Positions 1 through 9,426 of a DNA stretch of 64,000 nucleotides are shown here, piece by piece. The DNA is from a virus: positions 1 through 64,000 of IMG/VR virus record IMGVR_UViG_3300050821_009780; one strand, 5' to 3'. The stretch's first letter is position 1. Every line of letters starts with the position of its first letter. The notes under the pieces were generated by a model. It was not told where the DNA came from, did no database searches, and was given only the letters and a program-made list of their open reading frames with translations. The position numbers and the translations under genes are program-made.

Positions 1-545
1 GTTGCGGTGGAGGACGTGACCAGGTACCCGAGAACGGCCAGGTACGTCCCGCCCGAGCTGCCGATTGAAGCGAACCCGCCGGTCCAGGTAACGGTCGCCG
101 AGGTGATCTGCAGCGCGGAGATCGCCAGCTCGTTCGCCTGGCCCAGCGTCCCGGAGGCGTTGGAGGCCGCTGAGGTGGTGGAACCGAAGGTGGCGGTCGG
201 GGATTGGTCGAACGCGACGGGCTGAAGGCCGGAGCAGGCGGCGGCCTCCATCTGCCCGCCGGAAGTCGTGGTGATGGTGATGGTGTCGGTACCGGAGGTC
301 AGCTTGGCGGTCGGCGTGCCGGAACTGCCCTTGTAGGTGGCAGCGAACAGGTAGCAGTCCGCAGAAGCGTCGCTGCTGCACTGCTGGTAGGTGTTGCCCT
401 GGGAGTCGCTGACGGCGGTGATGGCCGCGTTGCCGTTGACGGAGAGGAAGATGGCGTCGCCGGGGGCGGTGGTGGCGGAGACGGTGATCGAGGTGGCGGT
501 GCCGGTGCTATCACTGCCGATCACATACGGAACACCGATAGTCAC
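1..545 (-). CDS. Ser/Thr/Gly-rich virion-type protein, truncated by the window edge
   Basis: The GTG at 545 overlaps the TGA of the upstream gene (GTGA). It reads MTIGVPYVIGSDSTGTATSITVSATTAPGDAIFLSVNGNAAITAVSDSQGNTY... and is open towards position 1. Composition resembles neighbouring beta-rich virion proteins. Confidence 0.7.
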   Translation of the reverse strand, partial: MTIGVPYVIGSDSTGTATSITVSATTAPGDAIFLSVNGNAAITAVSDSQGNTYQQCSSDASADCYLFAATYKGSSGTPTAKLTSGTDTITITTTSGGQMEAAACSGLQPVAFDQSPTATFGSTTSAASNASGTLGQANELAISALQITSATVTWTGGFASIGSSGGTYLAVLGYLVTSSTA

Positions 546-3500
546 GGGCGGTCCCCTATCTCCAGCCGGACGGCGAGCGCCGGGACCATGTGCAGCGTGA
601 CGGGCAGCGAGCCGGCCTCCTCGTGCTCGGCGGCAGGGCCGGACGCGTCGGCGTCGGCCACGAACAGCAGCTTCCCGGCGGCGTGCGCGGCGGCGAGCCG
701 GAACGCAGTACCGTCCGGGCGCTCACCCCGCCACAGCTCCAGCAGCCGGTGGACGTCGTCCTCCGGGTCCAGCGGGGGCACCGGCAGGACCAGGCTGTAC
801 CCGCCGCCGTTCCAGCGGAACGGGGGCTGGAACGTGTACACATCGAGAACGAGGCTCTCGGCCCCGTGGCCGCCGTCGCTGTCCGCGAACGGGAACGGCA
901 GCACGGTGTCGGTGCCCTGGGCGGACTCGGGGACCGGGTCAGTCAGCAGCCCGGACCAGTACCCGGCGTCGGCACCGCGGCCAGCGTCGGCGTCGGCGGG
1001 CCACGCGGTCAGCTCGACATCCGCGCCGGCGGTGCGCTCAACGGAGGAAACGCCGACCAGGTGGCTGTCGGTGCCGGTGGCCGTGTCGGTGCCGGCCTCG
1101 TCGTAGAACCCGCTGTCCTCGCCGTGGGCGGAATCTGTGTCGATCGGGTGGGTGGAGCCGGCGATGAACTCCCCGGCATCGGTGCCGTGGATAGTATCCG
1201 AGCTGCTGAGGGTGGCCGCGACCAGCTCGCCCGCATCAGTGCCGTGGCCGGTGTCGGTGTCGGACAGAGCGACGGCGAGGTGCTCGCCCGCATCGGTGCC
1301 CGTGCCCGTGTCGCTGAGCGGCGTGACCGCCAGGTTTTCGCCGGCGTCCGTGCCGTGGCCGCTGTCGGTGTCGATCGGGGCGTAGGGCGGGCAGTAGACC
1401 GGCGTCTGCAGCTTCTGCCTAGGCTTGAACCGCTCCAGCCAGGTGCGGGACACCTGGGCGGCAGCCGGGGGCGGCAGGAGCGGCAGGAGGGCCAGCAGCT
1501 CAAGGGCAAGCGCGCCGTACCAGTCGTTGGTCTGGGTCCAGGCAACGGACACCGCCCCGACGGCGGACGCCTTGTCGAACGCGGCGGAGTTGCCGGCCGC
1601 GCTGGCGGTGTTGATGTCGGCCTTGTACCGCAGGGTGTCGCTGCTGGCGGCCTCGCCGCCCGACCCGGTCGCGACCAGGCCGAACAGCATGTTGACGGCG
1701 TTGGTGCCGGTCAGGGAGACCGAGGCGCTAGAGACCCCGGAGCCGCCGGAGGTGCCGGTGGACACGGGGCCGCAAGCGGTGGCCAGTGTCGTGCCGGTGC
1801 CGGTGTAGGTCAGCGACCCGGCCCCGACCGTGTGCCCGGAGCCGCTGGCCACCGTCACCTGCACGGTCTGCGCTCCGGCGGGCGGCGAGGCCAGGGCGAA
1901 CACCTGGGCGTACCCGAACGAGCCGGTGCCCACCTCCTGCCGGCCGAGGCTGGTCATGGCGGTCCCGCCGTAGGTCACCGAGGCGATGACGCCGGTGTCG
2001 CCGCCCGAGACGACGCCGACGGTGACGCCGACGATGGCGAGGGTGGGAGTGTTGGACGGGGTGTGCGTCCAGGTAATGGGCGCGCTGTAGGAGGCGGTCT
2101 GCGACCCGGTGGAGGACGGGGCGAGGGCGTCGAAGTACACACCGGGCGGGATCACGGGGGCGCCGGAATCGGTGCCCGAGCAGGAGTCTGAGTCGGAGAC
2201 GACGGCGTTCTGCGGGAAGGTCACCGGGACCTGGAGCTTGCGGAACGGCCGGAACTCCTCCAGCCAGGTGCGGGAAGTCCTGGCAACAGCACTGAACAGC
2301 GGGGGCGGTCCGGTGTCGAAGTGCAGGAAGGTGAACGTGCCGGGGTTGGTCTCGGCCTGGAAGCAGGCTCCCTGGGCGACCGCGTCCAGCGTGGCGATGG
2401 TGACGTTGTGCACGGAGTCCAGGGCGGAGCCCTGGTTGGTCCACGCCCGTCCATCCGGGGAGGTATCCCAGTAGGTGGTCCCGGCGGACTCCCGGATGCG
2501 CCACCACCGGTGCGTCGTGGCGGAGTAGGTCAGCGTCGCGAGGGTGGTGACCGAGCCGTTGCTGTAGGACGCGACCAGGGAGCCGTTCTCGACCTGCCAC
2601 TGCAGGTAGTTGCCGCTGAGGGTGTCCGTCAGCTTCAGCGCGCCGAAGGCGTGGGTGGCCGCCGACGGCACGGCGGTGACCTCCATGCTGGCGGCGCCCT
2701 CGGTGAGGTCGTAGGCCGCGGCGGAGGTGACCTTGCCGCTATCGCTGCTGGTGGCCGAGGACGGCAGGGTGACGGTGGCCCCGGCGGCGCTGTACGACAT
2801 GGTGGTGCTGCCGCCGGTGGACTGGGTCCACAGGCCGGTGTTGAGCGCGTTCCCGGTGAACGGGTCCACCAGGGCCGAGATGGGGGTGCCGATGAGCGGC
2901 GCGGACGCCTGCCGGGGGGTCCCGCCGCCGCCGACGGCGTTGGCAGCGTTGTTGTCCACCAGCCACAGCGCGCCCATGCACGTCTGGAAGTCGTTCGTCC
3001 ACGGCGTGTTGTCGCTGATCCGCCCGAAAAGGCTGTATCCCCAGTCGTTGAGGAACTCGGTGTTCTTGACCCCGGCCGGGCTGTCCTCGGCGCAGAGCAC
3101 GTACATCGGGGAGCCGGTGTCCACGATGTACATGCCGTAGTTCTGCAGCGTCCAGGCGAGCTGCAGGCCGGGGGCGGAGACCAGCCCGAGCGCGTTGATG
3201 TTCACGCTGGCCGGGATGGCGAGCAGCGCGCCCATCCGCATGCCGCTGTACTGGGTCGCGTTGGTGCTGCCGTAGTTGGACCAGTCGCTGTCGGCAGTGG
3301 TGGCGGGCCAGCGGTAGGAGTTGGCCAGGCTGGTCTGCGGGGCCAGCACCCCGGCGCCGTCCACCGCGACCTTGAGCGCGTGGTTCATCCCCGTCTGGCC
3401 GGGGCGCAGCTCCCCCATCCGGATGGACCCGCCGATGGAGGACAGGGCCGACCCGCCGTGGCTGCCGCCGATGCCCTGCCCGTACAGGTCCACATTGGGA

Positions 3501-3916
3501 AACCCGACGATGCTGGTGCCGTTCCCGGCGGCGGTGCAGAGGGCCAGCGGCTGGGACTGAGAGATGGTCCGGCCGTCAGACTGCAGGAACGACGCGCAGC
3601 TGTTGGTGTTGTCGCTCGGCACCGTGTAGGTGGCGGGCACCGGTGCCGTGAAGGGCAGCCCGGTGGCGCTGCCGCCGGTCGCCGAGCAGCGGCTGCCCCC
3701 GCCCCAGCCCGCCGAGGAGTAGGCGATGGTGACCGTCGGCCCCGCAGCGTCCTGCACGATGTGCTCGGGGTCGATGTTCGGCATCGGGGTGAAGTTGCTG
3801 CCGCCGTTAGGCCCGTACGTGGGCATGCCCACGTTGACGTAGACCGCACCGGAGCCGATGGGCGTGTTCCACGGGCTGGCGGCGGCAAACGGCCACTGCA
3901 GCGCGTTGCGGCTCAA
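542..3916 (-). CDS. Large multidomain virion-associated protein (1124 aa): beta-rich/lectin-like domains and C-terminal SDxxxGxD repeats
   Basis: The ORF has phage-like codon usage and an SD (GGAGGGAG) before a TTG start. It contains a lectin-like segment (HRWWRIRESAGTTYWDTSPDG), two RTWLExF-x-P linker motifs and repeated DTDxGHGTD units. Confidence 0.7.
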   Translation of the reverse strand: MSRNALQWPFAAASPWNTPIGSGAVYVNVGMPTYGPNGGSNFTPMPNIDPEHIVQDAAGPTVTIAYSSAGWGGGSRCSATGGSATGLPFTAPVPATYTVPSDNTNSCASFLQSDGRTISQSQPLALCTAAGNGTSIVGFPNVDLYGQGIGGSHGGSALSSIGGSIRMGELRPGQTGMNHALKVAVDGAGVLAPQTSLANSYRWPATTADSDWSNYGSTNATQYSGMRMGALLAIPASVNINALGLVSAPGLQLAWTLQNYGMYIVDTGSPMYVLCAEDSPAGVKNTEFLNDWGYSLFGRISDNTPWTNDFQTCMGALWLVDNNAANAVGGGGTPRQASAPLIGTPISALVDPFTGNALNTGLWTQSTGGSTTMSYSAAGATVTLPSSATSSDSGKVTSAAAYDLTEGAASMEVTAVPSAATHAFGALKLTDTLSGNYLQWQVENGSLVASYSNGSVTTLATLTYSATTHRWWRIRESAGTTYWDTSPDGRAWTNQGSALDSVHNVTIATLDAVAQGACFQAETNPGTFTFLHFDTGPPPLFSAVARTSRTWLEEFRPFRKLQVPVTFPQNAVVSDSDSCSGTDSGAPVIPPGVYFDALAPSSTGSQTASYSAPITWTHTPSNTPTLAIVGVTVGVVSGGDTGVIASVTYGGTAMTSLGRQEVGTGSFGYAQVFALASPPAGAQTVQVTVASGSGHTVGAGSLTYTGTGTTLATACGPVSTGTSGGSGVSSASVSLTGTNAVNMLFGLVATGSGGEAASSDTLRYKADINTASAAGNSAAFDKASAVGAVSVAWTQTNDWYGALALELLALLPLLPPPAAAQVSRTWLERFKPRQKLQTPVYCPPYAPIDTDSGHGTDAGENLAVTPLSDTGTGTDAGEHLAVALSDTDTGHGTDAGELVAATLSSSDTIHGTDAGEFIAGSTHPIDTDSAHGEDSGFYDEAGTDTATGTDSHLVGVSSVERTAGADVELTAWPADADAGRGADAGYWSGLLTDPVPESAQGTDTVLPFPFADSDGGHGAESLVLDVYTFQPPFRWNGGGYSLVLPVPPLDPEDDVHRLLELWRGERPDGTAFRLAAAHAAGKLLFVADADASGPAAEHEEAGSLPVTLHMVPALAVRLEIGDRP

Positions 3917-3947
3917 CTTGGCTCCCTCCTTCCGGGAGGGAGGGAGA

Positions 3948-4547
3948 CTAGTTCAGGCCGAAGATCATGTGCCGCTGGCACGCCGAGTGAGTCGCGGCGG
4001 TGCTCCAGGTGAAGGACGCTTCCCACCAGTAGGCCGTCGTGCCGGTCAGCGCCACCACCGTCGGCGTGGTGTTCGCCGCAGCCGCCAGCGGGATGACGAC
4101 CCCGGCTGCGGTGCCTCCGGCGACGCCCAGGGTCATGAAGCCATCGCTGTAGACGTTAACGGTGGAGCTGGTGCCGGTGCTGACGACGGTCAGGTCGATC
4201 TGCGCGGTCCAGATGCCGGTGGTCGTCACGGGAACGGCTGCGGTGACCAGGGCGCCGGTGGCTGCCACGGTGGTCGGCGCGTTGATGGTGGCCTGGGCAG
4301 TGTCCAGCGCGTACTTGAAGGTCAGGGTGGGGGTGCCGGTGATGTCGTAGGTGCCGCCGAGGCTGATGTGGAAGCCCTTGCCAACAATGGCGGACGGCTG
4401 CCAGATGGAGAACAGGGGCGGCAGGTACGCCGGCGGGTTGGTGGAGCTGTTCGCCGTCATGATGGTCGCGACGGAGGTGGCGTTGTCCGCGCCCGCCGAG
4501 TCCATGTTGTAGATCAGCTCGGTGTTAGTGGCAGTCAGGAAGCTCAT
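3948..4547 (-). CDS. Putative virion structural protein (199 aa, Thr/Ala-rich beta protein)
   Basis: Clean ORF with beta-strand-rich composition, adjacent to other virion-type genes. Confidence 0.6.
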   Translation of the reverse strand: MSFLTATNTELIYNMDSAGADNATSVATIMTANSSTNPPAYLPPLFSIWQPSAIVGKGFHISLGGTYDITGTPTLTFKYALDTAQATINAPTTVAATGALVTAAVPVTTTGIWTAQIDLTVVSTGTSSTVNVYSDGFMTLGVAGGTAAGVVIPLAAAANTTPTVVALTGTTAYWWEASFTWSTAATHSACQRHMIFGLN

Positions 4548-4559
4548 GCCGTATAAAGC

Positions 4560-4596
4560 GGCAGCCCTCCCGGACCAAGAACGAGAGGGCTGCCAT
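4560..4596 (-). terminator. Hairpin GGCAGCCCTC...GAGGGCTGCC
   Basis: 10-bp inverted repeat between the genes ending at 4604 and starting at 4547. Confidence 0.45.
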
Positions 4597-4603
4597 CTTT
4601 TCG

Positions 4604-5113
4604 CTAGGCTTCAGCGGTCAGGTGCCGTACCGGAGGCTGGTGCTCGTGCCAGGAGTACCCGGTGGCCAGCAGCGTGCGGAACACCGGCCCGTCGATGTGG
4701 TCCCAGCGCAGCACGCCAGGAGCCGCCCAGCCGTGGGCAGGGTGGTCGTCCAGCCGGGCGCGCTCCAGGATGTCCGAGGACCGCGCCCGGGCGCGCAGGG
4801 CGGCGGAGAACCGGGTGCACCCGAGGCTCATCTGCATCATGGACCGGATGTCCTCGCGGTTCGGGTGCGGGAACTCGCACCACGGCTCCGGGCAGGACTC
4901 CAGCTGCGGGACCACCTGCTCGTGCAGGACGACATCCTGCTCGACGACCAGCAGGTCGCCGTCCGGGTTATCCCAGTGCCGGGCGAACGGCCTCCAGTAG
5001 TCCCCGTCGCCGGGACCGGTATAAACCACCTCGCAGTCCGCCCAGGCATGCCGGCGCAGCGCGTCGAACGCCTCCGGGAACATGGTGAAGGCGAACATCA
5101 CGGTCCGTATCAC
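4604..5113 (-). CDS. Small GT-A-fold glycosyltransferase-like protein
   Basis: The GTG at 5113 overlaps the previous stop. It has a DxD-like motif (DLLVVEQDVV), SLGCTRFS, WDHID and a C-terminal HEH..VRH, which are typical of small phage GT-A proteins. Confidence 0.55.
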   Translation of the reverse strand: MIRTVMFAFTMFPEAFDALRRHAWADCEVVYTGPGDGDYWRPFARHWDNPDGDLLVVEQDVVLHEQVVPQLESCPEPWCEFPHPNREDIRSMMQMSLGCTRFSAALRARARSSDILERARLDDHPAHGWAAPGVLRWDHIDGPVFRTLLATGYSWHEHQPPVRHLTAEA

Positions 5114-5430
5114 TCCGGGTCCCCCTCCGCCGCCACGGCCGGGCCGATGCCGCCGGGCTTGTCGTGCATGGCGTTGATCCGGCGCACCACCTCGGCCTGC
5201 ACCTCGTGCCGGTACGCCTCCTCGGTGTCCTCCTCGGTCAGGGTCAGCGGGTAGGGGATGGCGGCCTCCCAGCCGAACGTCCCGGTCAGCCGCCCGCCCA
5301 TGAGCGCCCCGGTGACCTGAGCGGTGGCGTGGTCGGCGGCATCGCGCACGGCCTTCTGCCACGCGGCGGCGAAGTCCGGGCGGTCCGCGGCGAACGCCCG
5401 GACGGCGGCGAGGGCCTCCTCAGCTTCCAC
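5110..5430 (-). CDS. Hypothetical protein
   Basis: ORF with start/stop overlaps to its neighbours and GC3-biased codons. Confidence 0.55.
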   Translation of the reverse strand: MEAEEALAAVRAFAADRPDFAAAWQKAVRDAADHATAQVTGALMGGRLTGTFGWEAAIPYPLTLTEEDTEEAYRHEVQAEVVRRINAMHDKPGGIGPAVAAEGDPE

Positions 5431-5980
5431 TGCTCTCCTCCGGGTGCTGCTGCCTGTCGAGCTGCTCCCAGGCAGCGCGGCGCACGTCGTCCCACACAGC
5501 CTCCAGGGCCTTCCGGAAAGCCTCCTCGCCCCCGGAAGGCAGGCAGGAGAGCACCTCGCAGACCGCCTCCGCCGCCCGGCGCCACACCGTGGCAGGCAGC
5601 TCCGGCCCGCACCGGTGCCAGTCCGCGTAGCTGTGCAGCTCGTCCAGGTCGCCGGGCAGCTCGCGGGAGAGGTGCCCGCACCGGGAGCAGCGCACCTTCG
5701 CGCCGCCGGGGCTGAAGGTCACGGCGAAGCGGCGCCCCCGCGAGCGGGGAGGATTGTCCGCGCGCATCACAGGCTCGTCCTCGCCGAACAGCTCCCGGTG
5801 AGACCGCTTCGCCTCCTGCTGCTCCCGCAGCTGCTTCGCGTTCCAGTGCTCCTGCCGGCCCGTCTCCGGCTCCCCGGCCTCCTGCCGCTCGCGGAGCTTG
5901 TCCCGGAAATTCCGGGCCAGGCCGCCGTGCGCGGAGCACGGAGGGCCGTCCAGCTTGCGGGTCATGCAGGTGCAGGCCAT
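5420..5980 (-). CDS. Hypothetical Cys/His (Zn-binding) protein
   Basis: Motifs CTC..PCSAH and CSRCGH..HRC. Confidence 0.5.
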   Translation of the reverse strand: MACTCMTRKLDGPPCSAHGGLARNFRDKLRERQEAGEPETGRQEHWNAKQLREQQEAKRSHRELFGEDEPVMRADNPPRSRGRRFAVTFSPGGAKVRCSRCGHLSRELPGDLDELHSYADWHRCGPELPATVWRRAAEAVCEVLSCLPSGGEEAFRKALEAVWDDVRRAAWEQLDRQQHPEESSGS

Positions 5981-6009
5981 CACGCCGCCGCCAGCTTCGC
6001 CAGCCAAGG

Positions 6010-6198
6010 TCACTTCCTCCTGCTCGAAAAGGCCCGGACGGCGAGCATGCCGGCCAGGACGAGGAACGCGGTCAGGAACGGCCTGCCGGGCAGCAGGACG
6101 GTCCCGAGGGCCCCCGCCGCGAGTACGCCCAGCACCCACCCGGCGCGGGCCAGCTGCTGGGCCGGGGAGTAGTACCGCCTGCGCCGGGCTGCGGACAT
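6010..6198 (-). CDS. Small two-TM membrane protein
   Basis: MSAARRRRYY... followed by two hydrophobic stretches; the ATG overlaps the upstream TGA. Confidence 0.55.
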   Translation of the reverse strand: MSAARRRRYYSPAQQLARAGWVLGVLAAGALGTVLLPGRPFLTAFLVLAGMLAVRAFSSRRK

Positions 6199-6521
6199 CA
6201 CGCCGGCCCCGCTTCCTCGACCCGGGTGACGTGGAAGCCCTTCTCCTGCCAGGTATCCCGCACGGCCTCCGCCGACTCGCCGAGCTCCAGGAGACTGTGG
6301 TGCGCGCCGGTCACGTCGGTGCAGTACGGCGACACGGCGCACTCCCCCGTCTTCTTGTCCGCCGGGTCGTGGCCCGGGTTCCCCGGCACCTTGACAGTCA
6401 CGATGTACGTGCTCACGGCTCTCCTGCGGTCACGGAACGCGCTCGCCCCCGGGTGCAGGGCGCACGGCGCGTCCCCCGGCCTCCGCGCGGCACATGCCGG
6501 GCAGACAGGCTCTGTCATCAC
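6198..6521 (-). CDS. Hypothetical protein (true start may be the GTG near 6416)
   Basis: ORF coupled to its neighbours, containing HDP..KTGEC..CTDVTGAHHS. Confidence 0.5.
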   Translation of the reverse strand: MMTEPVCPACAARRPGDAPCALHPGASAFRDRRRAVSTYIVTVKVPGNPGHDPADKKTGECAVSPYCTDVTGAHHSLLELGESAEAVRDTWQEKGFHVTRVEEAGPA

Positions 6522-6730
6522 TCGATCCCGTCCAGCTCGGCCAGGGCGCGCTCGACCACGAGCCGGGCCATGGCCAGCTGCTCGGGCCCGGCGGGGACGG
6601 TCTTCCCCCGGGCAATCGCGGCCACCGCCTTCCGGAGCTGGGCGGCCAGGGCCTCGCCGGACCCCGCCTTCTCCCGGGCCTGCCGCAGCAGGGTCTCGTC
6701 TACGCGGAACGACACGGGCACGGTACTCAC
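6518..6730 (-). CDS. Ribbon-helix-helix (CopG/Arc-like) DNA-binding protein
   Basis: An N-terminal alternating beta strand (VPVSFRVDE) is followed by two helices. SD GGAGG upstream; first gene after a sigma70-type promoter. Confidence 0.55.
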   Translation of the reverse strand: MSTVPVSFRVDETLLRQAREKAGSGEALAAQLRKAVAAIARGKTVPAGPEQLAMARLVVERALAELDGIE

Positions 6731-6772
6731 GGAGCGCCTCCAGGGGCTATTACCGCTGCTGTCACTGCTGAC

Positions 6773-6801
6773 AGGCTACCCGGTCCGGGGACGTGCGTCA
6801 A
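6773..6801 (-). promoter_or_regulatory. Housekeeping-sigma-type promoter TTGACG-N17-TAGCCT
   Basis: Minus strand: -35 TTGACG (6801-6796), a 17-nt spacer, and -10 TAGCCT (6778-6773, TANNNT). An AT-rich palindrome GTAATTAATTAC lies just upstream. Confidence 0.65.
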
Positions 6802-7412
6802 TGGCACTGACGGTAATTAATTACAGGGGCTGCGGGGCGGGAATTCCGGGAAACGGGGACTGCGGAAATTCAGAGGGGGAAATTCCGGGAGTCCCTCATC
6901 GCGCACGGGCGAGGGGTCGGGCCATGCGACAGCCACGGCACTGAGCGACCATCCTTTTGCATGTTCGCGTACCGCTCACGCGTGCTGCGCACATGCATGC
7001 CGAGCGGGCCACGTTGCACGGTGCTAGCGGGTGCGGGCATGGCGATGCCCGCTCACGGTCCAGAACGGCATTGCTGCCGCTCACCCGTGGCCGGGCGGGG
7101 GTCTGCGTACGGCGGGCCGGACTAGAGCCGGGGGCTGCGCCGTGCGGTCGTGTTCTGCGGTTGGCGGTACCTGTCGTGCGCGTGCGGTTGGTGGCCTTGA
7201 CGCTGCCATCCCCTGCTTTGCCTTCGTGGCACCGTCGGTTGGCCTAGGCTCTGCGGGCATGGTCTGTCTGCCGTGTCCCATGCTACCGCATGCGAGGGGC
7301 CGGGAGGGGCGTTGACTGGCATTCCGCCCGTATGGGGCCTGTACGGGCCGCAGAGCCACGCTGCGGGGTTGGGGCACGCTGCCTAGGCAATGACACCAGC
7401 GGGCATGAGTTA

Positions 7413-7438
7413 GCCCCGGAGGATTGCCCTCCGGGGCT
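7413..7438 (-). terminator. Hairpin AGCCCCGGAGG-N5-CCTCCGGGGCT
   Basis: 11-bp perfect stem about 20 nt downstream of the stop at 7459. Confidence 0.55.
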
Positions 7439-7458
7439 TGGGTGTCGGGGAGGCTAGC

Positions 7459-7644
7459 TCACCACTCGTCTGCCTCACTGGCCGACACGGTCGTGGTCAT
7501 GGTAACCGAGTCGTGGTGGTCCATCGTGCCGGCCACGGCCCACGCCCACTGGATTTCCATAACGCGCCTGATCTCTGTCCAGTCGTGGGCGGGGGTGTCT
7601 GTGCTGACTGTCTGCGCGTTCTGTGTGGTCTGCGTGGCGTTCAT
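7459..7644 (-). CDS. Hypothetical 61-aa protein in its own transcription unit
   Basis: Strong SD (AGGGGAGG) before ATG 7644, a TTGACA upstream (~7711-7706) and a downstream hairpin. Confidence 0.55.
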   Translation of the reverse strand: MNATQTTQNAQTVSTDTPAHDWTEIRRVMEIQWAWAVAGTMDHHDSVTMTTTVSASEADEW

Positions 7645-8659
7645 TCTGTGTGCCTCCCCTTGTGTGTACCGCTTACAGTTACAGTTCACATTACGGGGTA
7701 GTGCCTGTCAAGAGGGGAGTGCACACTTTCTGTCTGTACTTAGGTCACAGACGTGTCTCAGAGGGAGTTCCCCTGAGAGTGCGCGCATCTCTGCGTTGCC
7801 TGCCCGTGACCTAGGCCGGGGAGGGGGGCGGCCCATCTGTGACCCTTGCACGGGAGACCGTGGCCGTACCGTGACCTCTTGCGGTGGGCGGGTATGCGGG
7901 GGGTTTCTGGCCGAAACAGCGTTACAAGCGCAAGAGGTCACCTGCCCTGCCGCCGTTACCCGGCCCCCAGCAACACGGAACAGCGTCACCTCGCACACAC
8001 CAGCGGCCCTACGCGCGTACGAACGCGTGAGGGGGCCCTTATGCCTCTGGGGCAGGCTTCCCCTGCGCACGGGAGGCAGGGGAGGACGGGCCGGGAGGAT
8101 AGTGGACATGCCCGCATGTGCACGTGTGGCGCTTAGTGGTCTTGGCCCTTTGCCTGTATCTCTGCTGCCTCTCCGCTCCTGTGAGGGGAATGCTGTAGGC
8201 AGGCACGGGGGAGGGTGTGTGCACGCTAGGTGTCTGCACAGAGGGGGCTGTATCAGGGGAAGGGGGCTGTACCGGGGCGGCGTCACGGTCGGGCAGGGGG
8301 GTGGTGCCCATGCGGGCACGCTGCCACGGGGGAAGGGAGTTATCAGGATGAGGGGGTGCCATGCCAGGTGACGTTACCACGGGGGAGGCAGGGGAGGTTA
8401 AGGAACTTTCCTCGGGAAGGGGGTGCATCAATGCATCCTTCGGTGCCTGCCCTGTTTCAGCCTTGGCACGCACTGCCCTCAGAGGTACCCCTATCGGAAG
8501 GGCAGGCCGTAACCAGGTGGCGGAACTCGCCGGCGTAGTACGCGACAGGCTCGCCGCACACGGCGCACGTCCGCAGCTCGGTCATCATCATGGTAGCCAT
8601 GCCCGTCAGAGTACGCGACGGCTCCCCGCCGCACTGGCACACCTTTTGCACCTCGGGCC

Positions 8660-9019
8660 TTAGCCGTACCCGTGGTAGCGCGCGCCCACGTGGGCGAGAT
8701 GCAGCACGTGGAGCGCATGCCAGTGCTCAAGGTGGAGCACGTGGGCCAGGTGGAGCTCGTGAGCTTGAATCAGCCCCCTATCAGGGGCGGGTGCTCCGCT
8801 CCCGGGCGCGGACGTTTTATTATCCTTGTTCCGGCCGGCCTGGGCTGCCGCGGCGTGCCCGGGCGGTAGGGGCGCGAGCACAGCGGCATGCGGGCCCGTG
8901 TGCTGCCGCAGCGCGGTGCCGGCCCCGTACCCGGCGGCCAGCACCGTTGCCGCTATCCCAGCAACCGCGAGCATCCTGCCCAGCCTGCGGCGCCGGCGCG
9001 GCAGGGCGTGCCTCGGCAC
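8660..9019 (-). CDS. Membrane-anchored protein with a His-periodic C-terminus
   Basis: Basic N-terminus, a TM helix (MLAVAGIAATVLAAGYG) and the tail HELHLAHVLHLEHWHALHVLHLAH. Confidence 0.55.
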   Translation of the reverse strand: MPRHALPRRRRRLGRMLAVAGIAATVLAAGYGAGTALRQHTGPHAAVLAPLPPGHAAAAQAGRNKDNKTSAPGSGAPAPDRGLIQAHELHLAHVLHLEHWHALHVLHLAHVGARYHGYG

Positions 9020-9024
9020 GTACC

Positions 9025-9426
9025 TTACCGGGTGAAGGTGAAGGGGTACCATCTCGGCTCGCCGTCCGGCCCGTGCGTGTGCGGGTCGAACCCGCCGGCA
9101 TGAGCGTGCTCGGTACCGTCATCCGTGTGTGTGTGCCGCACGGCGTCCCCCGTATCGGTGTGTCTGTGCCGCACGGCGTCCCCCGCCGTGTAGCTGTGCC
9201 CGTGGGCCAGCGCGTCAACCTCGGCCTCGGTAGCCTCACCGATGCGAACGCGCACGTAGCGCCCGTTGGACACATCCCGGTAAACCGCTTCCACGGTGAC
9301 GCCTGCCAGCTCGGACGTACCGACCAGCTCGAAATCGTGGTAGTCGGCCACCACCTCGGCCAGCATCGCCGCCGTGGAGGCGAACGAGTACAGCCCGGAC
9401 GCGTACTCGGGCTTTTCGCCGCTCAT
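9025..9426 (-). CDS. His-rich hypothetical protein with a duplicated GDAVRHxHTD unit
   Basis: ORF coupled to its neighbours, with a ~20-nt direct repeat at ~9133 and ~9165. Confidence 0.6.
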   Translation of the reverse strand: MSGEKPEYASGLYSFASTAAMLAEVVADYHDFELVGTSELAGVTVEAVYRDVSNGRYVRVRIGEATEAEVDALAHGHSYTAGDAVRHRHTDTGDAVRHTHTDDGTEHAHAGGFDPHTHGPDGEPRWYPFTFTR

